From: Azolla caroliniana
Lineage: Eukaryota; Plantae; Polypodiophyta
Direction of reading: 5' to 3'
Length of the DNA: 64,000 nt
NCBI GenBank assembly: GCA_043228905.1
Contig: JBHGNT010000083.1
Coordinates: forward strand, 36,133 to 100,132
Made by a program: the position numbers and the translations under genes. The notes below the pieces were generated by a model. It saw only the letters and a program-made list of their open reading frames with translations, made no database searches and was not told the DNA's origin. This document shows, one piece after another, positions 49,901-62,430 of this stretch (the stretch's first letter is position 1; every line of letters starts with the position of its first letter).

Positions 49901-50693
49901 CTTTAAAATCAATTATAAAATTTTAATGAGCAGGGGCCGACAGCAGACTACAGGGGACTTATTTATGGAGTAATTGGGAATGAGAAGTCATCTCTTAGTA
50001 AGGTAAGCAGAAGTTTATCTGTCATATAGAAATGTGAAATGAGTACATCTGCTTTACTGAAATGATTTTATAGGAGCTTGCAAATGAATTTGGGATTTTT
50101 GAAATGGATTGGACGGGACTTGGATTGCCTCGACGAGGTGGCATCATTGTGGAGAGCTTTAATACTGATGAGGTAAAATTGGCTTTGCAAATAACTTACC
50201 AGCTAAGCCTATTAGTTATGTGATAACGACATGCTGCAGGAAGAATTGATAGTTTTTAATCAAAGATCTGTATCCTCAAGGACTTTGGAAGTAAATTTAT
50301 CTGATGAAAAACTTAAATTCATGCATTTTAAAATCATCCTACCATGTTGTGGAGTGGCCATGCGGCGTCTCACATGGACACTCCACAATATCAAGCATAT
50401 ATGTAAATAAGGTAAATTCTACATTATTTTGAGCATTTTAATAATGCACGTAGTATGGAATTTTGACACTACTAATAAGCCAAGCTCCCACAGGCAGATT
50501 AGCAAGCATAAGGTTTCTTCTTGTTAGATCTTTAATTGAATCTCTGTTAATGGCACAGGTACTGCGGATGGATCCATCACAACGAATTTCTTATGCACGA
50601 AAAATTGCTACCCGTATTTCAAAGTGCATAGAAACAGCAAGTTCAAGATACAGAGGTCAACAAGATGATGTTAAATGTCAACAAGTTCTATAA
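43911..50693 (+). CDS. Putative Zn-dependent N-acetylmuramoyl-L-alanine amidase (Amidase_3-like), ~414 aa; exons 43911-44036, 44833-44932, 46331-46470, 46733-46794, 47298-47355, 47572-47610, 48319-48432, 48546-48695, 48761-48874, 49562-49600, 49934-50002, 50074-50172, 50559-50693
   Basis: Manual splicing gives one open frame. C-terminal half: KTISIVPGHWIDPGMELGAPGERDFNLE|VANITERKL..W.VLRPD..WEEYLNWVSRQ|TCKGRPVLEIHGQ|G...|ELANEFG...GLGLPRRGGIIVESFN..|...YARKIATRI. This has the H/E/H Zn ligands and catalytic E in the order seen in Amidase_3. The last 7 exons are well supported; the first 6 are tentative. Confidence 0.75.
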
Positions 50694-52265
50694 TATTTGT
50701 TAACATTACTTACTATGCAAGTGTGAATTGTTGCAGTCCTGGTATGATGTTCTCTCTTTTTCAGAGGCCACATGCATTGCCTATTAATGAACATAATTTA
50801 CATCTGCCACAATGCCAACACATTTTGTTGGTGTTAGAAAGTAATATTTTATCTTGCAATCACGTTATTTCTGAGTTATTAATTGTTGACTAGTTACCAC
50901 ATCATAGAAATTCGTTGATTATTTGCAAACAGAGAATAATGAAAACATACCGAAACGTTTTTATTCATTTTAAATTTATGTATGTTTAATAGCGATTATC
51001 ATTTAGAATTTTGTAGTAAACCAGTTTCTTTATTCCTGAAGTTGTGAACATAAAACAAACTTGTGTTTATATTGTTGCCATTGCAATTTGCACAATTTTT
51101 TCTCTTCATCATTTCATGGTTTATCAAATCTGGGAATAAATGCTTTTAAGTATCTAATTGAGAAGGGGTCTCTCTTGGGACAAATGTTTTCATGAGTACC
51201 TAAGTTGGAGAAGTTGGCGGTCTTGCTAATTCATGTTAAATTACAATAAAACACTATAACAGTAAAATAATAAATTAATTGTTTTGACAGAAGGTATAAA
51301 CCTTTTTAACTCTTCAAGCATTTTCTGTCATGCAAAATCTTTTGGCTGTCAGATGAGTGAATTCAGTCTTTTGTATGTATATCTTACCTTGAGATTTATC
51401 TGCCACTTTTTTTATTCTTAGAAGCATATACTAAAACTTCCTACTTAAAGAATCATATTAAATTAAATTTACCCTGAGAATCATATATTAGATAGAAAAT
51501 CATATAAAAATCACATTTTCAGATGGAATCCTTCTGAGTAAACAACATTTGAGCCATGAGAATCACTTTGATTAAAGAACGTTAGTCACTTACAGCTTTT
51601 AATCACGTATGGCAGTAATCTCACAGCCACGAATGATACATTAGAAACTGTGCCACTATTTTGAATGGGTGTGTTATCACTAGGGTATTTTTAATAGTGC
51701 TGTAAGAGGAAAAAGCAAAATCTGTTCCTTCCCAACACCCCTTGACAATTATGTCAATAATGAGGTGGAAAACATGCAAATAAGATTAATTACACAACAC
51801 AAACAATTGTCTCATATTCAACTAACTACAGGTATATCATTGATGTCTCATCAACTGCCAATAATTTTATCATGACTTCGAAAAAAACCTCAAGAAGAGG
51901 AAAGTCCAGGATCTTAAAACTGGATCTTCCTCACAAGATTTTTGAAATTCCACATCCTTCCATTGGTGCTTCCTGTATGCACATTATGCTTGTGGACTTC
52001 TACTTGAAAAATCCACATTCAAATCTCTTTCTAGTTAAAGTATAAGAGAGAATATAGGTGATAATACATACAATTATAGAGTTGTCATTTATATTGATAA
52101 GTTGTTACAAACTTGCAAACTGAGTGCTAGTGAACATCTTTTTCTCATCATTAAGCAAATCTTGTATAGCCGTTAAAAAAAATAGTATCAGTCTCACAAA
52201 AATTTGTTGCCTAATTCTGGAGATTGTCCCTTTTCTATCCCACAGAAGAAACATTCATCCCATTT

Positions 52266-53067
52266 TCACTCAACATTTGTGTTTCCTGTAGAGTCAGCAT
52301 AATTCACCCCTACATTGTATCTAGAAATGGCCTCCTTGAGCTTTTGCAACTGCAATAGCCAACATACATGAGGTCAACATACTTGTGTGAAAAATATACT
52401 GCAAGAGCACACTAAAGTTTCTGACCTTTAAAATGTTGCAAGAGAACGAATCTAATTTGTCTAATGTCCCTCTATAGAAGTGGAAGTACGGAAGAACTTT
52501 AACATCTAGGGTCTTGCAGAGCGTTTTATTCTCATTGAAGTTAACTTTGGCAAAGATAACATCTTCATTTTCGATTGCAAGTTTGCATAGCTGCAAAAGA
52601 AGATTCCAAATTCCCTTTAAATTTACCACGATGTTTCGATAAACAGACGTCTTGATGCTTTCATACTAGCTACATACATAGAGAGCTATACATAAGTAAC
52701 ATGCTATCTATATAGAGAGATATCTCATATATGGCTAACTGATAAAAGGGCCCAAACAATAGCCATACCTTTGGATATAAAGCTCGGCATGATCCACACC
52801 AGCTAGCAAAAAACTCTACCACCACAAGTTTGCCTTCAGCTTTTGAGATCATCTCCTCGAGTTCTTGTGCAGAATGTATGTCGGTTAAGGTCACTCCCAA
52901 ATCTCTTTCCCACCATTTGGGAGGATCACCTTGACATGCTGGTTCAGATTGATCCTGGCATTTGTGTGTCAAAACGACCATTCTATGTCTTGAATCTTAA
53001 AATTGTTCTGGAAAAAAATGCTTTTATAGAATGCATAATCATATCCCATGCAAGACTTCTCGAGAAC

Positions 53068-53136
<69 letters not shown>

Positions 53137-54056
53137 CAAGGCAATAGATGTGGTGATGTTGATTCGATTCATGTGCTCAACCCAGAAGAATGATAATGAT
53201 TGTGGCAGCACATGATTTATGTCCTGTACAGAGTGAGCATATATATCTTGTGCTGCCACAATTATGATCACTCTTTTGGGTTGAGCACATGAATCGAATC
53301 AATGTCGCCAGATCTGTCGCCTTGGTTCTCATATTGGACATCTCAATGATATATCTTATCACATCCATCGTCTTGGTTCTCATATTGGGCATCTCCATAA
53401 TACATCTTATGACATACATACACTTGGTTTCCAAACGATACACAGAACTGCACATCCTCATCTAACATCTCATAAAACATCTTATATCATCCAGCCATTT
53501 GTTCTTATCTAACATCACAGCTGGATATGTGATATTTTAACATCTAATAATACAGTAAATTAACAAATGATACACATCAACATCATGGATATTCTTGTCA
53601 CACAAACGATCATTGCTTCTCTAATATTCACATGTATTGACGTGGCCATACATACATCCTCATAAAGCATATCACTGCTAATCTATGTTCTGATTAAATG
53701 TACATTTAGCAACAAAGTGAACGCAATAATCGTAAGTCATCATTTTTCTCTCATTTTTTCATTGAAATCAATTAATGATGCATTTAGCAAACTAAACTCA
53801 TATAACATTTAGCATTTGATTAAATCTGTACAAAACACATACACTATTTTAAGATTTCTGTTTTTGAAACCTGGATTTCGCTCCGCGCTGGAGGAATGAT
53901 GATCCTCTGCCTTAATTCCCACGAAGAACACCTGGTGAAAGAGATTGTCCTGATCATGCAGAAATTAGATCGATCACAATAACTCACTGTGGTGCGATAG
54001 CCGGAGGTTGAAGAAGAAACAGAGCGAAGTGCTTGTGATTGTAGGGCATGTGCCAT
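52266..54056 (-). CDS. Chloroplast Lilium/ACHT-type thioredoxin (WCGSC); exons 54056-53871, ~52985-52769, 52590-52426, 52349-52266
   Basis: Ser/Arg-rich transit peptide MAHALQSQALRSVSSSTS; PKWWE; LVVVEFFASWCGSCRALYPK|LCKLA.ENEDVIFAKVNF.ENK.LCK.LDVKVLPYFHFYRG..LDSFSC..K|LQKLKEAI. The exon 2 acceptor is ambiguous. Confidence 0.9.
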
Positions 54057-54241
54057 GGATTAAGAAAACAGAGAACTAGAAACCCTAAATTCTTGGCTAT
54101 TATGTAATGATTAGGGTTTTCTGTTTTGTTTCTTTTGATTAGAGTTTTCTGTTTTGTTTATTTTGATAATTTATAGAAGTGGCCTTGATTGTCAAAGAGC
54201 TTTGGAAATCTCTCTAATATAAATATATATTATATTTAAAA

Positions 54242-54280
<39 letters not shown>

Positions 54281-56120
54281 ATGCATATAGAGGGGACAAT
54301 CAATATGTATGTTATTTGTAGTTGAAATTTCATATTCATACTTCATAATTTACTCTGTTTCTATGAACAAAACTAATTCTTCATAGCAATCCATCATAGC
54401 TTAGGTGAAAATAGGAAGGCCGTAAGAAAGCGGAAGGGAAAAAAAGCCCCCAAGAGTTTAGCGTGGTTTCTTGTGGTCTACTTTCTTTGAAAGCCGTGTT
54501 TGGGAACTCGGCTTTTCCTGTTATTTACGCCTTACAATCCTCGAAAACAAACTTTAAAAAACTCGGGGCAAGGGCAATACAATATTGAACGAGTTTGAGA
54601 AAGTTTCTGAATATAGTAAGATGAAAGCTTAATACCTAGCACTTGGTAAACTTATTTTCTTCTAATAGATCGCCCAAAACTCGTTCCTGTCCATCACCAT
54701 CCAACTGAAAAAATGGTAAATTTGTTTTGTATTACGCCCTTGTGGTAAGCCCCATTTCACTAGCCTATGTACCTTTGTTTAAATCATACTATAGTGATGC
54801 CTCTATAAAATGTCAGGTTTGAACGTCTAACCTTCTAGTCTTCTGTAGACAAGGGAAATTTACCAATTGAGAGCATAACCATTTGTGCTTTTTTTCTTCA
54901 CTTTATGGTTTTAGGGCTACCAATACCTATGTTTTTATGGGTTTTTTTTTTGTAGTACCACGTTCTTACACTATCTCTCAAATTTCAATTAAGGAACTAG
55001 TTCAACATTACATTTAAGGCATGTTTGTAAATTATCATGGCCCTTTTTTATCACAAACATGAGTAATTAGTATTATGTATGTGCTCCCATTACATTGACC
55101 AAAACCTATTGTGTCAAACATTTGAACTCCCATGTTATATTTTTCTCTTGGTAAAGATTGAGAAGTTATGGGAAGAGAACAACACACTTAAAGAAGAGCA
55201 AAGTAAAACAGAATAATGTTTTCTACCATATAAAGCAAACAAGATTTGATTTGGCACAACCAATAGAAGTTTGTTGAAGCCAAAGAAGAAATGGAAGCAC
55301 ATACCACTATAGAGATAATTATGGGCTTTTGAATACGCGAACTTACCAAAGGTTGGCATGAGCAAGAAGTTATTATGAGGAAGAAAAAGATGGATTCTTC
55401 ACATTTCAAATATTATGAAAAAGAGAATTTGTAAGGCTCTTCTTCCCATTAATCTAGGGCATTCATGCCCAATTTTCTATAAATGGAACCACCTCGCTAT
55501 CAAATACAAAAATCTTGGAGTTACTTGGACGATCATGAGGGGAAATGGATTAGGTAATAGAGGCACATACTTATGAAGATTGTGTCACCCAACAAGAAGG
55601 GAAACGGGTTGTGTGCCATAGGGGAAATTCCATGTCTTTTATTTGACGCCCTAACTTCATGAATATTTGCATCGAAACTAAAATTCCATATGTCTACATA
55701 GGAACTTTATTTTATTTGGAGCCCTAACTTCACGAATATTTGCATCGAAACTAAAGCTATAGTATTTATAATGGTTTTGTTCTCCATTAGAGTTCATAAG
55801 TTCACCTTTCCAACATGGGTTTTATTGATCTAGTGTATGAGCTTATGGTCCCACTTGTTCATCTATGTAGGGTTAGATCACGATTGGTTTTACTCAAAAC
55901 TTCAATTGCCATGCATATCCATATGAGTTAAATACCTTGCAATTATGCCCTCAAGGGTTTCCATGGATATTTTTCTGTCTATGACACTAAAATATATCTG
56001 ATTGCTAATCTCTCTCTCTCTCTCTCTCTAGTTTTGATTCCACTTGATCACTTTTGTAAGTTTAGAGCTGAAACTTGAATTGCCCTCCCAATTCATGAAC
56101 TGAAATTGTTGCACTTATAT

Positions 56121-57156
56121 TTTTATTTTTTTTCCAAAATGAAGCTACTTTCCCATTAGTTAGGAAGGATTATTACAAAGAGACTGTACAAGGAGGCTTA
56201 AACATAGATTGGGGAATCTCCCTCCGATCAAGTTCAAGAAAATGAGACTAGTTACATCGCCTTTCGGATTGACTACTTAATGTAAGTACCTACAGCTAAA
56301 ACGATGCCTTGTAGTGATGGCTAGTACGAGACAACTCTTGGGGTCGACATCGAAGGGAGGGTGGTAAGTGAGCCGGAAACAGCCAACGTGGGGGCTTGTA
56401 GTTCCACCTCGGGCCACTTCCTCCTTGTGTCACCATAGGTGTGTTCTGCCATTTCTGCCAAAAGTGCAAACGAGCAGTACCCACGTTAGAGGAATGGCTG
56501 CAAACCTCTTCCAATTGCCCTCGTAGGCAGCTAATAAGCGCAAACCATATGTCCATGATCACTACCTCCGGGGCCCGCACCAGATCCTGGAAGACCTTTA
56601 GGCAATGCGCTTTCCATAGATACCACAGGGCGAAGCCTGCGATCAGCATCCAAATGTCCGGGAACATAGGGGATGCGGACTGCAAGCCTCTCTCAAATCA
56701 AATCTTGGCGATTTTGCCTCTCATGCATATGTAGCACCAATTATCCGCATTGAAGGCATCCATCCACCTATCAACAGAGTGATCAAGCCATGCCGCAACA
56801 CTCCACGATGTTGTTCCTTCCACTTCACATGCCGCAAGGAGGCGAGTCACTCTATCCCATACCTTTTGAACGTGAGGGCAATCCCACAGACAATGACTCA
56901 GAGTCTCAATAGGTGAATGGCAAAGTGGGCAGCCTAACGGGCCGCCACGTTTACATAGCCATTCGCCAACGGGAACCACATTATGACCTATTTGCCACCA
57001 AAAAAACTTTATCTTTTCCGGCAAGTGGAGACACCAGAGACCCTTCCAAAAGGTAATGAGCACCTCATCAGGGATGCCCAATGTACGCCAACCATTGCGT
57101 AAGGGGTCATCTAGCTGCAGTTGAAAAGTCTGACCCAATTTAGTGTTGTACTCGAA
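56121..57156 (-). mobile_element. 5'-truncated L1-like LINE
   Basis: Perfect 19-bp TSD gaaattgttgcacttatat (56102-56120 / 57157-57175); T-rich (poly-A) end at 56121; zf-RVT remnant KIKFFWW...CPLCHSPIETLSHCLWDCP. Confidence 0.92.
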
Positions 57157-58899
57157 GAAATTGTTGCACTTATATGCTCAAAGCTTGTTTTTGTCTCGTT
57201 GTAATTAGCTTACTTTCGTGGTAAGTTGTTAGACTATTGATTGTGCACCTTGGATTCAAGGTTTTGACTTTCACCCCATATATGCTTTTCTTAATTTACC
57301 AAATTACATTGTGCAATGTAGCGCTTGAATACATGGCCTTCTAGGCTTTTCAAGACAACCTTACTTATTGAGCTACAACACTCCTTTCTCTACAACACTC
57401 CTTTCTCTACCAATGTACACACATCTATATCTTTGTAAGAGCTCTCAATTAAAATTTAAAATCTTTATTAGTAAAATACTTGAACATTGTGAGTCACTGA
57501 TTATGTATACATGTGTGGACATGAAAGATGCATGAGTCAAGATGTATCGTGATAGGTTCCAACATAATGCATTTCTAGTCCGTCGAGGATCTTAATATAT
57601 CATCAACATCCCTCCCAATCATGGATATGGACACACAATAGAGATAAATATGATTATTTCAAAGAGGATATTATCCATAAAATTTACATAATCCATTATT
57701 ACAGTAAGTTAGAATTTACAATAGGCTTTTCACATAAATAAATTGTTGATTTGTTTTGGAAACATATTTATCTATGGGCAATTTCTTCGACAAATACTTC
57801 AATCTTCCTGTTTCAAAACACTTGAGTTTTCTAGGACAATATTTCTAATACCTTTGTCTAGCAAGGACTCAACAACATTAATGTCATACAAATATTGAGT
57901 TCGTTATAACTTTCCAAAAGCTGACATTGAAATATCTAGCAAACCCTATTGAAAAGAGATGAATGGATCCATATTTGACCCTCAACAATAATGCAACAAT
58001 TTCTTACTGTAGGGTAAAAGAGCTAGGAGAAGTAAGTAGGTTAAAGATTACGTACAAATTGAAGCATTTAAAAGCACGCATAACGCAAAAGGTTAACCAA
58101 ACGATAACTTGTCCCTCTTTGAGTATTTTAGCTTCTTTGGTTTGCTTTTTCGAGTCCAAGTTAGGATGCATTTATCCTTTCAATTGTTCAACTTTAGCAT
58201 TCATGATTTTCACTGTGGTCATGAGGCCCCCTCTACTCTAAAGGGAGAAAATTGCGCGAATTCGTGGATCTTCAAATTCAATCTTATAATTATAGAATAT
58301 ATTTAAACATGGGGCATAACCACTTGAAATGAGGTAGTATAATATATTAATGATTAATTGGCATCTGATTACTACATTGATGGAAGTGCTTGATCCTAGA
58401 GTTTTTGTTTTTTTAAAGTAAACAATGTAGCATCTTAGTTTTTTATTTTTATTTTTTCAACCAATGGTTCATATCATCTTAGTGATTTAAATGATACATG
58501 GACACTTCCAAATATTCTTCAGTGGCATCTTAATTTTTTTTCAATATAAAACTAAGTAGTTGTTGAGGAAACAAAAGGCGCCACAAAAATTGCAGCAAAA
58601 TATATTATAAAATATCCCTCCCTCCATTGGTCTAGTAAAGAGGGCCAATAGAAGAAAAGAAACCATAGGACCAGACTTTCTTGTTCAAAGTTCATGACGA
58701 AGGCAATGAAATCATATTATTGTACCTATGTGTGTGGCTTTGAGTATCGTGTCATTTTTATAAAAATCGTGGAATGTTGTAAAGTTGGTAGCTATAAGCT
58801 CAAATTCCATAACCATTTATTATTTGTTAGCATTGCTTGTATAGAGTTACAGAAAAATGACAATTGGACAATGCCATAACACCATTTTTAAGAGGCAAT

Positions 58900-61800
58900 G
58901 TCCATGCACCCAAACTAAATCTATGAAGACATTTTATAATGCAACAACATGTTTATATTGTTTTCACTTTCGATTTTCACAATAAGGCCGAGCACTCTAC
59001 GTTGTAGTATCAAAGTCATAAATTACAGTGAGAATCCACAAAGGTTGCCCCATAGATCATATCGGTTTCTCATGGAGGTTCTTAATATTTTAGTCTCTCA
59101 CAAATATATGCTTGACATTTAACATTGATGATGTCGCTATATTTACACCTAGCGGAAGGGTTTCCCATTTGTGAACAATTTACCTTCTCATTGAGGTTAG
59201 AGGTAAGTTGCATTGTTGGTGAGGCAAATCCAATAACACTTAAAGGGTAAACAAATAAAATATTAACAACTTGTGTAATAATGTGCTTTGTTGCCTGATC
59301 AAAATAAAATCTCACAACATGCAATGAAAATAAGCTAGAAGAAAAGTTCCTATGTGAAATTGGTTCTAAAATGCCAAACATAAGAAATTGACACCCATTA
59401 AACTTCAAAGTTCAAACCAATTAGGAGCTAAGTTGGTTGACCTTGAGAAAATCCTTCAATGCACAAACTATATATTTTTCTATATCGTTCCCCCTTCACG
59501 AAACCAAATGTCATCCTTGTTTCAATGTATTTACCTATCCAAGTTTAATGATCCAATGTTCTTCTACAATGATTACTAATATTTTCCAGCATAATGTAAT
59601 ATAGTGTCTTGTTCAATGTAAGCTAAGCTTGTTGGCTGATTTTTTAAGCATGTGACACTAAGCCTAGAATCAAGTTTGATCATATCTTGTCATATGTTAG
59701 CAATTGCTTCCTCCATTAGACTAGAGCATTATGACGATTTGCAACCATTGTAACCTTTGATGCTCCTAAAAGAAATTGGTTTGCAAGATTTCAATGATCT
59801 TGATTGTGAATGGTCAATTTTGTGGTTGCAACTATCTACAACATGTGCGGAATGCACCAATAAGAGTGGTTGCTAAAATGGGAAAGAAGTGGATGCTTGA
59901 TCCTTACCCTTCCATTGCTCATATGTGTGATATGATGTGGTACGCAAAAGAACTTGTTGAAAGATTACTATGGGATCTAAGGGCTTGGTTCTAGTCATAT
60001 TCCTTGGGGGAACAGATCATAAAGGTTCCCTTCTTTCAGTATTCAGTGAAGCTTGGAAGGTCATTACTAATGTCTACGAATGTAATGGTGCCAACAAACT
60101 AACTAGGGTGTTTTAACGTTGCAGTTGAAAACGTATTGGAGATGGATCTGGTCTTTCAAGGGGCTGACTAAATTTATTCTTTTTAGATGGCTATTAGTGC
60201 ATGCAACATTGCAAGTTGGCCAGTCATTGAAAGGGAATGTAGCACCTAATCTCACACAATGTGGCTTTTGCTATGCAACTCATGAGACTACTAAGCATGC
60301 CCTCTGGTCTTGTCCCTTGGCTCAACAAGTATAGAATAAAGTTCTTTCTTTATTCCTAACAATCAATGTTGGTTGCTTGTTCTCATGGGGAGCAACGGTG
60401 TGGGGAGTTTTACATTCCAACTTGATGTTGTATGAGGCAGACGATATTCAAGAGGCCATGACGGTACAGAATAGAAGATCGATATTGGTTAGTTTGTTTC
60501 AACAACCTCGAAAGCAGGTGCGATCTGTCCAGGTCTAGAAAATTGTGACTACGGTAACGTTATGGGTATTATGGAAATGTGGATGTAGTCGACTTTATGA
60601 TGCATCAAATCTTGGTCCTTCAAATGTACTGCTTGAGATATGGGCAATATGATAATATGTATGGTTCTCTAGAAAATGTTCATAAGAAAAGGATGAAGCT
60701 TCTTCACTTATGGAGGAAGTTGCCCCTCTTTGTAAGTATCAAATCAAGGGCCTCAATGGAACTATCAACTTCCATGGACCCTTTCTTGAATATTAATACA
60801 TCATGGTAATGTATCGTATCAAGGTTCAACACCCCTTTATAAGTTGTTTTTATATGTACAGGCTTTGGTGTACATACAATGTCTTTTATTCTACGTTTTA
60901 AGCCTCTGGGCAGATAACTTCAACTTGTAATCTTCAGACGCTTTTAATACTATTGAAGAAAATCTTTCAAGGAAAAAAAGAGAGAGAGGTCAATTTTGTG
61001 CACCAAAATCGATCATTTCAAGGTACCTGATGGATGTTGAAGGCAAAATCAAGAATTTGATAGGAAAAGGGTAAAAACACTCATTCAGAGGAGTGTTCAT
61101 GATGGCTCATGTGTATTTAATTTGTAACATGTATAAAATCACTCAAAATGTCATTTGGAGCATGTGAACATTATATGCTAGTTTGAAGTTAGAACACAGT
61201 AGAAATTAATAAGGATGATTCACGCAATTGAACCTAACATCAAGGTGGAATATGGATCTCCTACCACGAGAGTCATAGTATATTTCAAGTTTCAACAATG
61301 TACTCGAAACATAATATGAATATTATGGTAGGAGATTCTATTTGATCAAGGCTCATTTATGAGTAAGCAATTAATTAGGCAATAAATATAGGAATGTTAG
61401 CATTGCCATCTACAATATATAATTGTGAATGACAAGGGTTATACCCACGATTCGTAGTACACTACGAATCACATAATCTTCATTTATATTACACCTAAAG
61501 TACTGTAAATGATGTGGTGAAGAGAAACTTTATTTTCTACTTTGGGATTCAAATGTACATAAAAACACAACACTATTGGATGGAAACTCATAATGAATGT
61601 CATTCAAGGGTGGACGCGCCCTCATATGCTTGTTGAGATGGCACATCAAAGTGGCTCAAACACACTTCAAGTACATGGGGAGTACAAGGTATGGCATGTT
61701 TCTTGCATATAAGAGAGAAGACCCATTCAGCCTCAAAGTACTTGATGAAGAGTAAAGACATAAATGCGAGTCTAGCAGGAAAGCTTGCATAGACATTTAT

Positions 61801-61900
61801 GAGACACATTTGTTGCGTGTAAATGTTTTGGTGCCACCCTAACAACATTCAAAAAAGGTAAGATGCTTTCTTATTTATTCATGTTAGGTGGATGTTTACT
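58900..61900 (-). mobile_element. Ancient, highly degraded LINE ORF2 remnant, interrupted by a younger LINE
   Basis: Faint RT-like pieces on the minus strand (MIKLD at ~59680, NALVLMEE at ~59720, GKPF.LGVN at ~59150). Boundaries are uncertain. Confidence 0.35.
59825..60987 (+). mobile_element. 5'-truncated LINE, same family as 20501-21514
   Basis: 13-bp TSD ggtcaattttgtg (59812-59824 / 60988-61000); YWRWIWSFKG.TKFILFRWLLVH...CGFC...ETTKHALWSC; shared 3' end 'taatactattgaagaaaa'. Confidence 0.9.
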
Positions 61901-62430
61901 AACCTTCCTAAGTGACTCTTAATGCATCGAGTCTATGAGAAATTATGGCATGATATGAGATGTGATCCCTTATAACAAAACAAAACGAGATCACCTTTCT
62001 CTTTTTAGCCGGTCCTTTTCAAGGAAAAGCTTAGAGAAAAGACACTTTTGTCTTTTTAAGACAACTCGGAAATAGCTATTTCCTCATTTGACGACTGTTG
62101 ATATAAATGGGTCTCCTCATAAAATTTAGGGTTTTGCTAATTTTAACTTAAGGAAAAAGAAGTGATAATTAATATTATAATTTACAAACATTCACTAGAC
62201 ACATTTGCCAAGGGCCATTTTATTCACCCCATCACTTGTTACCCAAATGGATTTGTGCAAATTTTGATCCAATTACACCAAATTAATGGTGATGCATGTT
62301 AAAATATTGCTTATGTTTTTGGAAACATAAAATAAAATAGCTTATGCTTTGTATAATAAATGAGAGAATTCTAATAATATAAAGTGATTTAAGTACAAAT
62401 ACCAATACAATCAATTGAGCTAAAAATCAA

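Noticed and set aside
22004-54056. Functional cluster of fRMsr-like gene and thioredoxin (its reductant)
   Set aside because: The genes are 30 kb apart with unrelated genes between them. The thioredoxin looks plastid-targeted while the GAF protein lacks a transit peptide, so the proximity is probably coincidental.
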